NCBI GenBank assembly: GCA_964016885.1
Contig: OZ024743.1
Location: forward strand, 61,504,001 to 61,568,000
Length of the DNA stretch: 64,000 nt
Direction: 5' to 3'
Source of the DNA: Eledone cirrhosa
Lineage: Eukaryota
Shown here: one piece after another, positions 1-13,777 of the stretch
Numbering within the stretch: the stretch's first letter is position 1
How the letters are laid out: each line of letters starts with the position of its first letter
Notes under the pieces: generated by a model
Told to the model about the DNA's origin: nothing
Database searches by the model: none
The model's input: only the letters and a program-made list of their open reading frames with translations
Position numbers and translations under genes: made by a program

Positions 1-346
1 GATTTTTTCAGTAAAATCGGTTCTCTTAATAGAACATCAAAAATCTTAACAATAAAAGGTGTGAAATGATATTCACTATATATATATACACATACATATA
101 TTCACTACATATATATATATATATATACATATATACATACATATATATGCACATATATTTTTTTGTATTGCACCATAGAGCATGTGTGTTTACGTGTGTC
201 ATTGTGTTTATATGTGGGTAGAGATGTGTGCTGATGTAGGTATGTATGTTGACGTGTGTATGTTGTGGGTTCGTCTTAGGGAGAAGTGTTTAGAAGGGGT
301 CCGTATTGGTTAATGAAGTAAGATTCCTTGCTGATGCGCTGGGTGT
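1..346 (-). repeat. Inverted copy of the 3' end (pseudo-LTR) of the adjacent PLE
   Basis: 1-346 is the near-identical reverse complement of about 1767-2127. Confidence 0.92.
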
Positions 347-403
347 ACCCTTCTCAAACCCTTCCCCAAGCACATCAAAAGCTATATAAGGGACGACCTA
401 GAT

Positions 404-1753
404 ATGCTCAATCACCTCCCTAATATGCCACTTTCTGAACAAACCCTACTAGTGACGTTCGATGTAGTCATCCTATACTCCAACATCCCCCACAACCTAG
501 GAATAGAAGCTATCCAATTCTGGCTGGATAATTTCCACAATGAACTCCCACAACGCATCAAAAAAGAATTCGTGATAGAGGGACTCAAATTTATCTTGGA
601 GAACAATTACTTCGTTTTCAATAACAAACCCTACAGGCAGAAATCTGGGACCGCTATGGGAACGAAAACAGCCCCTACTTATGCCAACCTAGTCATGGGA
701 TACCTGGAAATCACCCTCTACACTAAAGTCCTAAACAAATTTGGAAACACCCTCCACTTACACATTGAAAGGAACTGGAAGCGATATCTAGATGACTGCT
801 TCATCCTTTGGCACGAAAACATCGAAAAACTTAAAGAATTTCACACCCTTATAAATGGGCTCAACACAAATATTAAATTCACGATGGAATACAGCCATCA
901 ACAACTCCCCTTCCTCGACATCCTCATTAAGATCCATAAGAAAAAAATAGAAACAGACATATACTACAAGCCCACAGACTCCAAGCAATGTCTCCCCTTC
1001 AACTCTTGCCACCCTAGACACGTTAAAATTAATATTCCCTACAACTTAGCCAAGAGAATCTGTACTATAGTCTCCAATAAAAACATCTGCTACTTACGGC
1101 TACAAGAACTAAAGGACACACTCATAGGCAGAGACTACCCTGCATCACTAATTGACAATGGAATCCAACGTGCCCTAAAACTCAGTACCCAGGACCTTAG
1201 ACACCCTAAAGTAAATCAACCAAAACTAAAAGCTCTTCCATACATCTCCACACACAACCCCCTCAACAATGAGGCCTTTGACACCATCCTCCAGAACATC
1301 CCTGTATTGAAAAAGGACCATAGAATGAACCAAATTCTACGAACACACGATATCATAAAGAGCAAAAGACAATCCAAGTCAATGAAAAACATCTTAACAC
1401 ATGCCAAAGTACTGCCAACCACAACAACGAAACCCACAGTAAAAAAATGCGATAGACCCAACTGTGGCATTTGCATCAACCTAATAGAGGGTTCGGAATT
1501 CTATTTCAAAGATGGACAACGTTTTATAGTAAAACACAATTTCACATGTGCAACGGAAAATCTAATATATGTATTAACTTGTTCAGGTTGTCGAGAACAA
1601 TACATAGGCCAGACCAAAAACAGCCTCCGCCAACACATGACTGTTCATAGATCCCAAATTAAAATACGGGAATACAGGAAAATACCACTGAGTGAACACA
1701 TGTGCCGCCCAAAATCATCCCAACTTCAGAATCTTTCCCCTCTACAAATTTAA
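404..1753 (+). mobile_element. Penelope-like retroelement ORF (RT + GIY-YIG), 5'-truncated, frameshifted near the C-terminus
   Basis: Motifs TFDVVILYSNI, GTAMGTKTAPTYANL, RYLDD, LPFLDI, YYKPT, CxxxxCxxC and LIYVLTC..CREQYIGQT. The C-terminus continues in another frame to about 1825. Confidence 0.93.
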
Positions 1754-1980
1754 AGATAATGCCACCCACACCCAGGGCATCAGCAAGGAATCTTACTTCA
1801 TTAACAAATACGGACCCCGTCTAAACACTTCTCCCTAAGACGAACCCACAACATACACACGTCAACATACATACCTACATCAGCACACATCTCTACCCAC
1901 ATATAAACACAATGACACACGTAAACACACATGCTCTATGGTGCAATACAAAAAAATATATGTGCATATATATGTATGTA

Positions 1981-2022
<42 letters not shown>

Positions 2023-2372
2023 GTGAATATATGTATGTGTATATATATATAGTGAATATCATTTCACACCTTTTATTGTTAAGATTTTTAATGTTCTATT
2101 AAGAGAACCGATTTTACTGAAAAAATCGAATAATGTACACCATTTTACCAGGGGGAAAAAAATACTGGTCCACCCACACACACACACACACACATATATA
2201 TATACACAAACACATACACACGCGTACATCAACATACAAAGAGACTTATACACACACACACACACACACGCACTTCTCCGTATAAGACAAAAGCTGAAAA
2301 ATATCTTTTGACATGCTAAAATACCCCCCATTGCTTTCAGACACATTCTTACTGACCATCGAATTACTATGC

Positions 2373-2503
<131 letters not shown>

Positions 2504-2595
2504 ACACACACACACACACACTTATCTTAATAGCCATTTGACACACATCGCTGCTGGCCATTGTCGCAGCATCGAACACCTTACTACTACTACTA

Positions 2596-2633
<38 letters not shown>

Positions 2634-2658
2634 TTGTTGTGAAAGAGTCATTTCTCAA

Positions 2659-2886
2659 TCTTGGCGCAAAACCAATTTTTTATCCACATGACCTCTACCG
2701 ACCAATCAAAATTGTTTTGACCAAGAATTTTTGCTGGAGCCACTTCTTTAACATAAAAACAGTCTTGGCGCAAAATCAACTTTTTACATTCACATGACCT
2801 CTACCGACCAATCAAAATTGTTTTGACCACAAGCATTTTTGCAACACAAAAATAACGCTGGAGCCACTTTTTTAACATAAAAACAG
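2659..2886. repeat. ~105-120 bp direct tandem duplication
   Basis: cttggcgcaaaa...catgacctctaccgaccaatcaaaattgttttgacca...gctggagccactt...aacataaaaacag occurs twice. Confidence 0.85.
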
Positions 2887-3236
2887 GTAGAATTCCCAAA
2901 ACTAATCAGATCAGAGCAAACAGCACGGACACTCTATCTCAAAATTATTTTTGAAAAGCATTTAGAAATGCGCAACCGGTAAAAACTTAAAAACTTAAAA
3001 CCACAACTGAATACTAACCCATACAATCACTAATACTCTTTTATTCCTAATTAAACCATTTTTCAACTGTGAACAATTTGTCAGCATTTTCTATTCCGTT
3101 TACCAATATATAATAACTTGTGTGTTACACCTCTATTCTTTTAACTATATATATATATATATATATATAAACGGAAAAAATGAAACGAAAATTCATTTCT
3201 CACTCTTAGTACGGGTGTTACTTAAATATATACATA

Positions 3237-3349
<113 letters not shown>

Positions 3350-3459
3350 CACAACGGCAAAATATACGAAATGCTGATCAAGCACATCGTTCTACTAACC
3401 AAACACGAACACAAGCCGTACGAAATAGAAACTGGCTGATGGGTGCTTTTCCTTATGAC

Positions 3460-6300
3460 TCCCAAAAGGACCACAGCAACAATCCACAAATCAACATGAG
3501 CAGCATTATGGTGCCAAGAAGTGGTGAGCCAAACCACCAGAGCTATGCTACTCAAAATGCAAAGACAACCTTCAAACAATGTAAGAGCTTCCTGAATTTC
3601 TGAAGAATCTGCTCCTCCGCGATATATTTCAGGCACCGCACTTCAACAAATATGCCTTTCAAACGACATCTGTTGGAGTTGACAGGAATATTACAGACTT
3701 TCGATTTTGTACAACTTATATAATTCAGGAATAGTGCTACTACTAAACGGGTGGCCTTCTGCTTCTTCCACGGGAGCTTCACAAATTTGTGCCGGTTTAC
3801 TTCATGGGTGGAAATGAAACAAAGGCACAACAAAGATGTACCAACGTCCATGATGAATTGCAATTCTACATAGTCATGAAGTTAAAAGAAACACTTCACC
3901 AACATCACATGTACGTCAATATATTTAAATATGCACTGGAGCACATTAACAACATCAGGGATCGTAAAATCTTCATCAGAGTAGACAAACGCCAGCTTTA
4001 GAACATGAACGCATGTTCAATGCACCTGTCACTGATGAAGTTGCAATATAATTTTTTCTACTTTTGGCACAAAGCCAACAATTATTCCAGTGCATTACTG
4101 GTGTTTTATTTTATCGACCCCGTGAGAATGAAAGGCAAAGTTAACCTCGGCGGGATTTCAACTCAGTGCGTAAAGACCGTAACTCTATGCTGCATGAAGT
4201 TGTAATCATAATGGCTGATGAACAGCACCAAAGACGTGTTTTTGTTCTGCAAAATGGAAGTGGATATTTGCAGTGAATATGTGTATCCCATAGGGCCTAA
4301 GATTCCCTCCAATATCCGCTCATCTTCTGGAATGGTCAAGATGGATATCATTTTCAGCTACCTCAGATCAACCCAAGAACAAGTCAAGAATCAATCAGCT
4401 GCAAATAAATGTGTGCCTAATATTTCATAGTACGTGATCACTTCAAACAAGTTCTGCGATTCAAAGAAGTAACCAGTTAAGTCATGGTGGACATGTATGC
4501 CAACATTGAAACAGAAAAATTGGCTTTCCTGCGAAGGAATCAACATAAGTTGAGGGTAGAAAACTACACCCACCCTAGAGATGCCATCAATTCTAATGGT
4601 GACCCAAGAAATATTGACCAGCCAGTCATAGTGACATCATATTTCATGGGAGAACCACGCCATGTGCATGAACGTACTGGAGTCAAAATATTTGGTCGGG
4701 CGGATCTCTTCATTACAAATATATGCAACTCGAACTGGGCAGAGATATCCAATGAATTATTTCCAAATCAGAAACCGAAGGATCGACTCGACCTCATTGC
4801 TCGGTGTTCTATGAAAAGCAAAACAAAATTCCTCTGGCTCCTAAAAAAAGAAGGAATATTTGGTAGCTTAGTCTCTGAATGACCACTATTTAATAGCAGA
4901 AGAGAAGACTTCTTCACTCTCATACACAAATCTGATGCAAGAAGAAGATAAGACCAGATGATGTCGATAAGATCATTTCAGCGTGGTTGTCCGATAAAGA
5001 TGATGATCTACAGCTCTTTGAAACCATCAAGACCAAACTCATCCTTGGTCAATGTAGATTCATCAATCCAGCATCACCCTGCATGAAATATCAAAAATGC
5101 AGCAACAAATATCCTAGAGCTTTTATTAGGAAACTCTGACTGACAATGTTGGATATCCCCTTTAACATAGGCGTAGACCAGATCATGGAGGCAATACTGC
5201 AAACTTAACAGTTTAAAGAGAGGAGCTGACCATAGACAATCGATGGGTAGTCCCACATAAAAAATTGTTGTACAAACTCCTAAATGTTCATGCCAAAGTT
5301 ATGCTATACATCACAAAATACATCGACAAGGGAAGTGACATGGCTACCTTTGTTACTGACTAGGAACTCAATGATGGTCGGCTGGACGAGGTCAAACGGG
5401 ATCAGACAGGTCAATACATATCCAGCAGTGAAGCTATCTGGCAGATCTTTGGATTTGATATCCACCAACGCCACCCAACAGTGGTCAACCTAACAATCCA
5501 CTTGGAGAATGGATAGATAGTGTGCTTCACAGAGACCACTTCACATTGGCTAGCACAAGCACTCCCAACACTACTTAAGCCACATTTTTTAAATTCTGCT
5601 AGAATGAGGGATTTGATAGATCTGTCCTGTATGCTAAAATTCCGACATACTATACCTGGACGAATTGCAAGACCTGGAATCAAAAGAAGCAGGGTCATTT
5701 AGTGAAAGGTTATGAAGTGATGATATTACGCGTGTTTACAATGTCCACCCCAACATCAGAGACTGTTTTATCCTCGGCTACTTCTGCAAAGTGTTCGAGG
5801 TCCAGCGTCATTTGAGGAATCTCAGGTGCTTCGGAAGAAGGGTGTCCGCAACATACCAAGAATCATATAAAAAACAATGACTCCTGCGTGACAATGAACA
5901 TTGGAAGAAGAACCTAGAAGAAGCAGCAGTCACTCGTGTAGTCAATCAAATAAGAAAGCTGTTTGCTATTACGTTCAAAGCATATGGGATTGAAGAAGTT
6001 CATCTGCTCTGGCAGGAGTACAAAACCTATATGTCGGATGATTATCTACACTTAGCTAGCCCGAATACATCATGACAATATCTAAATAGAATATACCCCC
6101 AGAATTTTCAATCAAGCTCTCTGCGACTTGTCCCATCAAGTTCAAACAATGAATAGCACATTAGCTAACTGTGGAATGCCAGATTTGTATGAATAAATGG
6201 ATGCAACACAAGATATTTCCCAGGAAAGAAAAAACTATATTTAAGCCTTGCATAAGTTTGTTGCACTCTAATGTAGCCAGGCCAAGCAGATGCTACCTTC
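3460..6300 (+). mobile_element. Degenerate Helitron Rep region (pseudogene)
   Basis: Fragments VDMYANIETEKLAFLRRNQHKLR, G.PRHVHERT, ADLFIT.CN.NW.EI and QRHPTVVNLTIHLENG, collinear with the Helitron at 56.8-61.5 kb. Many stops and frameshifts. Confidence 0.85.
4055..4180 (-). mobile_element. SINE family A copy inserted in the Helitron
   Basis: actggt..ttttatcgaccccg...atgaaaggcaaagttaacctcggcgggattt, shared with six other copies in the window. Confidence 0.8.
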
Positions 6301-6653
6301 CAAATTTATTGATGTAGTTGATCATAAACTCCAAGAGAGAAACTATTTACCCCTTGGTTTGAGGTGTTTCACTGATTTCAGCTAGAATAATTTTTTCGCA
6401 GCGACTGCCTAGGACGGTGGTCCGCTCTGTTGTGCAAGAATATTGCTTCATCTATATAAATCTACGTTCATTTTGATTGCTGTTTCCACATCTGATCCTG
6501 ATTATCATGACGATTTCAAGCACTATCACACAGTCATCTGCTACCTTCTTGAATTAAGCTCCTTCTGCCATGTCCTTTTCTCTGTTTGTTAACCCCTCGT
6601 ATTTTAGTGGATTTATTATCTTGCTTTGGATAGGAAAAATATACACACTTCCT

Positions 6654-6753
<100 letters not shown>

Positions 6754-6806
6754 ATATATATATATTGAATTCACAAGAATCAAAACTATGTTCAAAACAT
6801 TTATTC

Positions 6807-6851
6807 GCTGACAATTGTTTCTTCCAAACCTAGGCTTGGAGTCTTCGGAGC
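6807..6851 (-). ncRNA. Type I hammerhead ribozyme, CCGAAGA core variant
   Basis: Minus strand: gct-CCGAAGA-ctccaagcctaggtttggaa-GAAA-caattg-TC^-agc. Confidence 0.75.
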
Positions 6852-7194
6852 ATTTTTAATGTTTGCACATATAATTGTCCTCCTACTCAACGTAAGAGAC
6901 ATACAGATACATATATATGTATTGATGTACAGTGATTCAAATTAAGATTAAAATCAAAATTTAAAAACAAGATTAAAAGCATAGGTTGGAATACATGCGA
7001 CAGATAATACAGATAATACAAGAGAATAGTCTAATAATCAAATTAAATAGATAGTATATGCGTTAGTCATATATAGAGGAATGGAACAAGCAAATGTATC
7101 ATGTATATATATGAGTACTGTATGGCAAGGAATTACATGAAATACAAGCACTTTAAGTGGGTATGTAAGTGTTATATACCAATATATGTATTCA

Positions 7195-7300
7195 AATAAA
7201 ATTAATTTAATAAAATTCTAATTAAATTTAAATAAAATTAATTTAATAAAATTCTAATCAAATTCAAATAAAATAATTTAATGAAATTCTAATCAGATTC
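7195..7300. repeat. ~28-bp AT-rich minisatellite, 3-4 copies
   Basis: Unit aataaaattaatttaataaaattctaat repeated. Confidence 0.75.
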
Positions 7301-7804
7301 AAGAACTTAATTTGCCGTAGATACAAATGCCATCTAAACTATAATAAAGTAAGGAGCGCAGGACTGCGTACGGTTTATAATTTGTTATCCCATTAGTAAA
7401 ATAAGTTGGATTACTTTGATTAAATAATCAATGAATATTACAAAATTTATCTAATAAATTTCGTGGCTGTTGATTAAATATATTTTTTTTATTTAAAGAT
7501 TCACTTCTTTAAAATTTCTTAAATGTCAACACTTCCGGTTGGCCATCGCTTAAATAAACATAGTAATTTCTTGTCACTAATTTTCTCCTAATGCAGTTTA
7601 TATATAATGTCGTCTTTTTAATGTATCATGGATTACGGTACTGATTACATAAGACAGTGTAACGCAGTCTCGATTCACAACTACGTGGTTTGGGGTTCAT
7701 TCCCATTGCACGATATGTTTGGCAAGTATCTATAGCCTCATGTTGAGTAATGCATTATAAATACTTCGTAGACAGAAACTATATATGTATATATCTGTCT
7801 CAAG

Positions 7805-8058
7805 CAAGAAGGCTCGTTGGGCCGGCGTTTATCCCGGTTTATTGGCGTGAAGTGACTGAGAGTACAGTACTCCCACCTGGATAGGACACCAGTCCATCGC
7901 AGGGTTAAACCACCAGCTGTTGATGGTACTCATTTCCAGCTGAGTATATGGAGCAACGTGAAATGAAAGGGTTTGTTCAAGAATACAACTTGTAACACAG
8001 GAATTGAACCCACGACATTATGATCGTAAGTCCAACATACTAACCACACAGCCACGCA
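7805..8058 (-). mobile_element. tRNA-derived SINE (family B)
   Basis: Minus strand gcgtggctgtgtggttag (box A-like) ... gggttcaattcc (box B-like) ... ttcacgttgctcca..ctcagctg. Related copies at about 15700-15850, 32583-32690 and 34230-34330. Confidence 0.7.
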
Positions 8059-8059
8059 T

Positions 8060-8174
<115 letters not shown>

Positions 8175-8211
8175 TTATGTTTCTATGCATGTAAGTATGT
8201 ATCTATGCAGG

Positions 8212-8278
<67 letters not shown>

Positions 8279-8429
8279 GTGCACGTGTGTATGTGCACGT
8301 GTGTATGTGCGTGTGTTTATGTTCCAGAATTTCACGGTTTGAAAAAAGTGTGATTAAATATATTCCAGACTTGAAATAAACAGATAATGGACTGACAGTC
8401 GACTTGAGGACGGTGTTCCAGCATTGAGT

Positions 8430-8552
8430 TACGGTCTGAATTCAAATCCTGTCGAGCTTAACTTTCTCTTTTATCCTTACGGGGTTGATAAAACAAAGCA
8501 CTTGTAATGCATTGGTATAATTGCTGGCCTTGTGCCAAAAGCAGAAACAATT
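8430..8552 (+). mobile_element. SINE family A copy
   Basis: ctgaattcaaatcctgtcgagcttaacttt...atccttacggggttgataaaa. Confidence 0.65.
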
Positions 8553-9417
8553 ATTCCATCATAATTTTATGTAACAAACTGAATACTTATTCAAAATAAT
8601 TTGGAAATCATAGGCAATGTATTCTATTAACAATACTAGCAGAAAAACCACCCTTCGGGTGGTTTTCTGCTAGCATGTGTTGTGTGCATATTGATATTAT
8701 ACGCAAGTATATATACATGTAGATATGATACATCAAATGAAATTGACAATATACATAGAAACTGAACGAAGACTGCGTTACACTGTCTTATGTAATCAGT
8801 AACGTAATCCATGATACATTAAAAAGACGAAATTATATATAAACTGCATTAGGAGAAAATTAGTGACAAGAAATTACTATGTTTATTTAAGCGATGGCCA
8901 ACCGGAAGTGTTGACATTTAAGACATTTTAAAGAAGTGAATCTTTAAATAAACAAAATATATTTAATCAACAGCCACGAAATTTAGTAGATAAATTATGT
9001 AATATTCATTCATTATTTAATCAAAGTAATCCAACATATTTTACTAATGGGATAAAAAAATTATAAACCGTACGCGGTCCCGCGCTCCTTACTTTATTAT
9101 AGTTTAAATGGCAATGAAATGGTAATACAATATGCGTTTATAAAGAAGTTGTATTTCCATATTCTCTTATTCTGGCCGTCGATCTTCTTTCAGTCCCAGA
9201 ACGCATTGCTTGCTCGCTCTATAACCATTCCGTATTTAGCGTTACAAATGTTGTTTCATGTCTGGATGGCTATTAGTTTAGGCAGTCCTCAGAATGATAA
9301 CTGGTCGAGATAAAGTGAAGATTAGAGAGAGGTGGGCAGTGCGAGGGAGTGAGGGCGAGAGGGGAGTTGAAGGAGCGATTGTTATATATATATAAATGCA
9401 TATATATATATATATAT

Positions 9418-9507
<90 letters not shown>

Positions 9508-10319
9508 TAGGTGAAATTGGAAATAACACGGAAAATATATTTAAGGGTCTGTTTTTTCTTCTTTTTCCTTTCTTTGATTCGTCAAAGTGACATTATCGAA
9601 AAGATGACATTATTGAAAGAATGAGAGGGTCAATTCTTTTAAAAAAGAGTTTTATAATGTATATAAAGTATATACAGTATTACCGGTTTCGATGTATTAG
9701 TAAAATTCATCTTATCAAATGTTGAGTGTTACAATTAAAAAGAATGAATAAGAATTAAAAACTAAAAATTAAAGATTCCAAATTAGCTGTTGAGGCAAGT
9801 TTTTTCATCTTCCATGTTGAGAAGAAGACTGGAAAAAAGAAATCCTATATATATAGAGAGAGGGGTAGTCATGGTAGTAGCAGCAGCAGTGGTGGTAAGT
9901 CTATTTTTCACCTAGAACAAAATTGCTTTTAGGGAGGAGATATTCTGTAAATAGGTGTGTGTATCTCAGTTGTGTTAATGGACTGGTCAAGAGTTCAGAT
10001 GGGAGTGGCGAAGTGGGGAATTGTAAGCTAGAGACAAATTCTATAGGATTGGCAACAGTAGGGTTGTGAAAGAAATTCTATTTTTGGAATATGGTTTTAG
10101 AGAGTGTGAGTGTGTACGTGTGAGAGTGTATATATAAAAAAGACACACATGTGTGTGTGTGCGCGTGGAGAAGGTGTGTGTGTGTCTGCTTCAGCCTGTC
10201 TGTCACCGGTCCCTTTGTGGTGGGAAATTAAAAAAATATAGAGCAAAGCATCAGTGGTGGCTTTTAATCAGGAATGTTTTGAAAATATGCGTATGTGTTC
10301 CTTATTTCGTGGTGTATGT

Positions 10320-10365
<46 letters not shown>

Positions 10366-10423
10366 AGGGACGGAGAGAGAGAGAAAAATCTAATGGGGGT
10401 GATTACATATTTAATTTTGGTTT

Positions 10424-10600
10424 TAATTTGTTAATAAATATTTTTTATTTATTTATTCTTTGTTGTTGAGTGAAAGAATCGGGGCACTTGTAAAGAGGCA
10501 AGATTTTAAAGTTGGGTAGGGTCATTCCTGCACAATCTGCAATATGGCTACTTAAGGGGATTCTTCTTGTGTTTACGTCTCGGATTTGTTGGCGATAGGT
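10424..10600 (-). pseudogene. PLE GIY-YIG C-terminal fragment
   Basis: Hand translation RQQIRDVNTRRIPLSSHIADC..PNFKILPLYKC...FINKLKPKLN, similar to the tail of the 404-1825 element. Confidence 0.7.
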
Positions 10601-11511
10601 GGGCTAAGATTCTCTTTGATTTTAATTCCTCTCTGGTTGTATCGATCTTCCATAGGTCAAAGACTTTTTCACATACATTGCCGCTGCTTCTTTTGTTTAT
10701 TTCTTCTCGAATGGTGGCCCTCTTGCACCTCTCCTCCTAAACCAATATCAACAACATACATTTCTATCAACAAATATTCCAAAACTAACCTTATTTTTCT
10801 CTTTGCAGTCATCTCCTTTTTATCAAAAGTATCTTATACCTCATTACGTTCGGACCATCCTTGTGGTTGTGTTCATTAAGCAGCTAATCTTCCTTTACAT
10901 ATTGGCTATCATATTACCCTACCTTAATTAAATACCCCCACCCCTACCCCCACCCCCACACACACTCACACACCCAAACCACATAACACATAATCTAACT
11001 GATAGTGCTAACAGTTAGAGCCTTCCAGATAAGAATTTGAAAAGCATTGGCCATTATATTTAATTCACGAAAGGTCGTCTATTGAAATGGAAGCAGCAGG
11101 AGGGCACTTTCACAAGACCTTAAACACACCAGCACCTCCCAACTCCACTCTCAATCAATTATTTTGCTTTCACCATTCACTATTTTCTTGCACCTCTTGT
11201 GTGTATACATATATGCTTTAATTCCTTTAAATCTTCATCAACACTCTTTCACTCCCACACTCATTAACCCCTCACCCAGACCTAAATCTCTTGTATTAGA
11301 GTCACACATCAGTTTAACAATCGCCAAAATTTGAGATCAGTTTGACAATCGCGAATGCGAGAAAGTTCTCCAAGAAAGTTAACCAGAAATCTTTAAAAAC
11401 TCTCCTCGCCGAAGTTAACAGAGAACTTACTAGATCTACAAAACCAAATTGTAAAAAGTACGAACAAAGGTTTATTAGTTTCACGCTCTTGAGAGTGGGG
11501 TGGTGGTGGGG

Positions 11512-11546
11512 AACGACGTTTCGGGCATAAGCCCTTCTTCAGGTGA
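11512..11546 (-). ncRNA. Minimal HHR-like motif in a PLE 3' UTR
   Basis: Minus strand: cac-CTGAAGA-a-gggc-ttat-gccc-GAAA-cgtcg-TT. The stem I partner is not evident. Confidence 0.55.
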
Positions 11547-12189
11547 AAAGTGTGTGGGAAGAGAGTTCCAAGGGTGTGTAGGGAGTGGTGGAGAGACATA
11601 TAGAAAAAAGAGGGTGAGAGGAAAGGGTACAAATGAAATTAAATATAAAAGCATGATAAAAATAAAAATAAAAATACGCATGAAGTAAAACAGGTGGTGG
11701 AAGGGTGTGGGGCGTGTAGGGGTGGTGGCGGGTGGAGTGAGGAGAGGGAAACGGGGTGTCCGAGCGGGGAGGGCTGAAGGCGGTGTGTCTGTGTAGGTGT
11801 TCAGGAAGAGGTGTGTGTGGGGTGGGGTGTAGGTCGGAGTGTGTGTGCGAGTGTGGATAAAGCGGAGGATGGTGCGGTGGAGGGGTATGGTGGAGGGGTG
11901 GTAGGTGATGGGGAAGGGGAGACGGTGGGTGGGTGTGCGGTGGCGTGGGGTGAGGGTGGTGGAGCGGTGGACAGCACGGGCGCGGGTGAGAGCGGTGTGG
12001 ACGAGAGAGGGGGGTAACCTCTGCGGATGAAATGGCTGACTAGGGAAAAAAGAAAAGTATTACATCTACCTATATATGCTGGGGTTTCCCTATCTTTTTC
12101 GGCAAGCGGGGAAAAGAAAGATGATACAGCCATTGTCTACCCACCCGGATCGTGAGGGGGTTTGAAGGCGAGGTAAGTCCTATGCAATC

Positions 12190-12830
12190 GGTGTTTACAT
12201 GCGGTTACAAGTTGTTTTTTTTGTTTAGGATATGGTCCTTCGTAAACAGTATGTGTATCGTTTCCTCCGAGCATAAGTTACACGGACAGCGTCCTCCCGT
12301 GTAGGAGTTAGCCCTGGAAAGTTAGCTCCAACTTAGATGGTGTGTGGAGGTCCCAGATGTGGTCCAAAAGTGTAGTGGCATCTCGCCGGGCCGGGTTTCT
12401 GAATGTATGTCGGTGTTGGTAGAGCCGGGTCTTAAAATCACAGGCGGTTAATCCTATATAGGCTTTGTTGGAGTTTTCCCGTCCTCACGTTGCATTAGTA
12501 GATCACGTTACGTCTCGGCATCTGTTATTAAGCGGCACGTTGATCTATCAGGGCAGTTACACCTCCTGGTCGGCTCTCCACTAATGTCTAGTTGTTTCTT
12601 CCGTTAGAGCTGAGTTTCTTGTTGTTTGAGGAGGCGATGTTTTGTGCGAAGTTGGGAGTGGTGCTGTAGGAGAGTTTGATAATGTTTTTGTTGATTATGT
12701 TGTGGTAGCGGTGTTGTGGTGGGAAGTGTTTTTCGAAGAGTCTAAAGAAGATTTTTCCGATTGGTGTTGTAACCTCGGCATTGTGGGGAGGCTTGAACCA
12801 CGTTACGTTCGGCGTCAGTATGGGCGCTAT
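12190..12830 (-). mobile_element. PLE fragment (linker + GIY-YIG), degenerate
   Basis: Hand translation VTWFKPPH..PIGKIFF..HFPPQHRYHNIINKNIIKLSYSTTPN, then NVIY*C...YIGLTACDFKTRLYQH. Confidence 0.8.
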
Positions 12831-13059
12831 GCTTTTTAGCTAGCCTACTTTATCTACACTCTTTAGAAATAGCTGTACAGAATTCACTCTTATCGCTTGA
12901 CCGGCTTCACCCATTCCCTCTTTGTTCTACAGGCACGTTCAGCCACCCTCCCCTCCCCCATGAAAGATTTAACTGTGTTCAAAAAGAACTTTGACCACTC
13001 CTTTTGATAACTACAACCTTCAGATATGCCTCACTATCGCATGCCCATATATGGAATTA

Positions 13060-13152
13060 CCCCTTGAAGAGATCGGCTATATCCACACCACGCTCAAAAT
13101 TTAATTTAGTCCGGAAATAGCTGTCGAAACGGCTTGAGCTCTGCCGTCGGGT
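13060..13152 (+). ncRNA. Type I hammerhead, TTGAAGA (C3U) core
   Basis: ccc-TTGAAGA-gatcggctat...atagctgtc-GAAA-cggc...gccg-TC^-ggg. Confidence 0.65.
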
Positions 13153-13167
13153 TTCTGACTCTTTTCC

Positions 13168-13210
<43 letters not shown>

Positions 13211-13288
13211 GCGCACACGCACACACATACACACACGCGCGCAAACGTACACATACACACGCACACACGCGCGCAAACGTACACATAC

Positions 13289-13387
<99 letters not shown>

Positions 13388-13746
13388 AAGCATAAAGCTT
13401 GTATTATGTATATTACAAATATATATAATACAAGCTGGAAAAATGGAGCGTATTATTTATACAAATGTCTCGTGAATGGTATGCTTACGCTCAATTGACT
13501 GCCATCTGTCTTGAAAACCATTCTTTTGCCCAAATATGCAAAAATATTACGGAAAAAAAGAATAAATTAGAGTAGCTTCTATTTTCATACTGTTGGACAT
13601 AATTTCTGGATCTTTCGCTATTCGATCCCATATGCCAATGAGAAAATTAATTATACATTAATCAACTAGGTTTGAATTTCTTACATATGTAAATATGTAC
13701 AAGACGTGAACAATGTTTTCAGATATTACATCCCCTCACCAAACAC

Positions 13747-13749
<3 letters not shown>

Positions 13750-13777
<28 letters not shown>

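Noticed and set aside
8010-8058. tRNA gene
   Set aside because: Only A/B-box-like SINE head sequence, with no complete cloverleaf.
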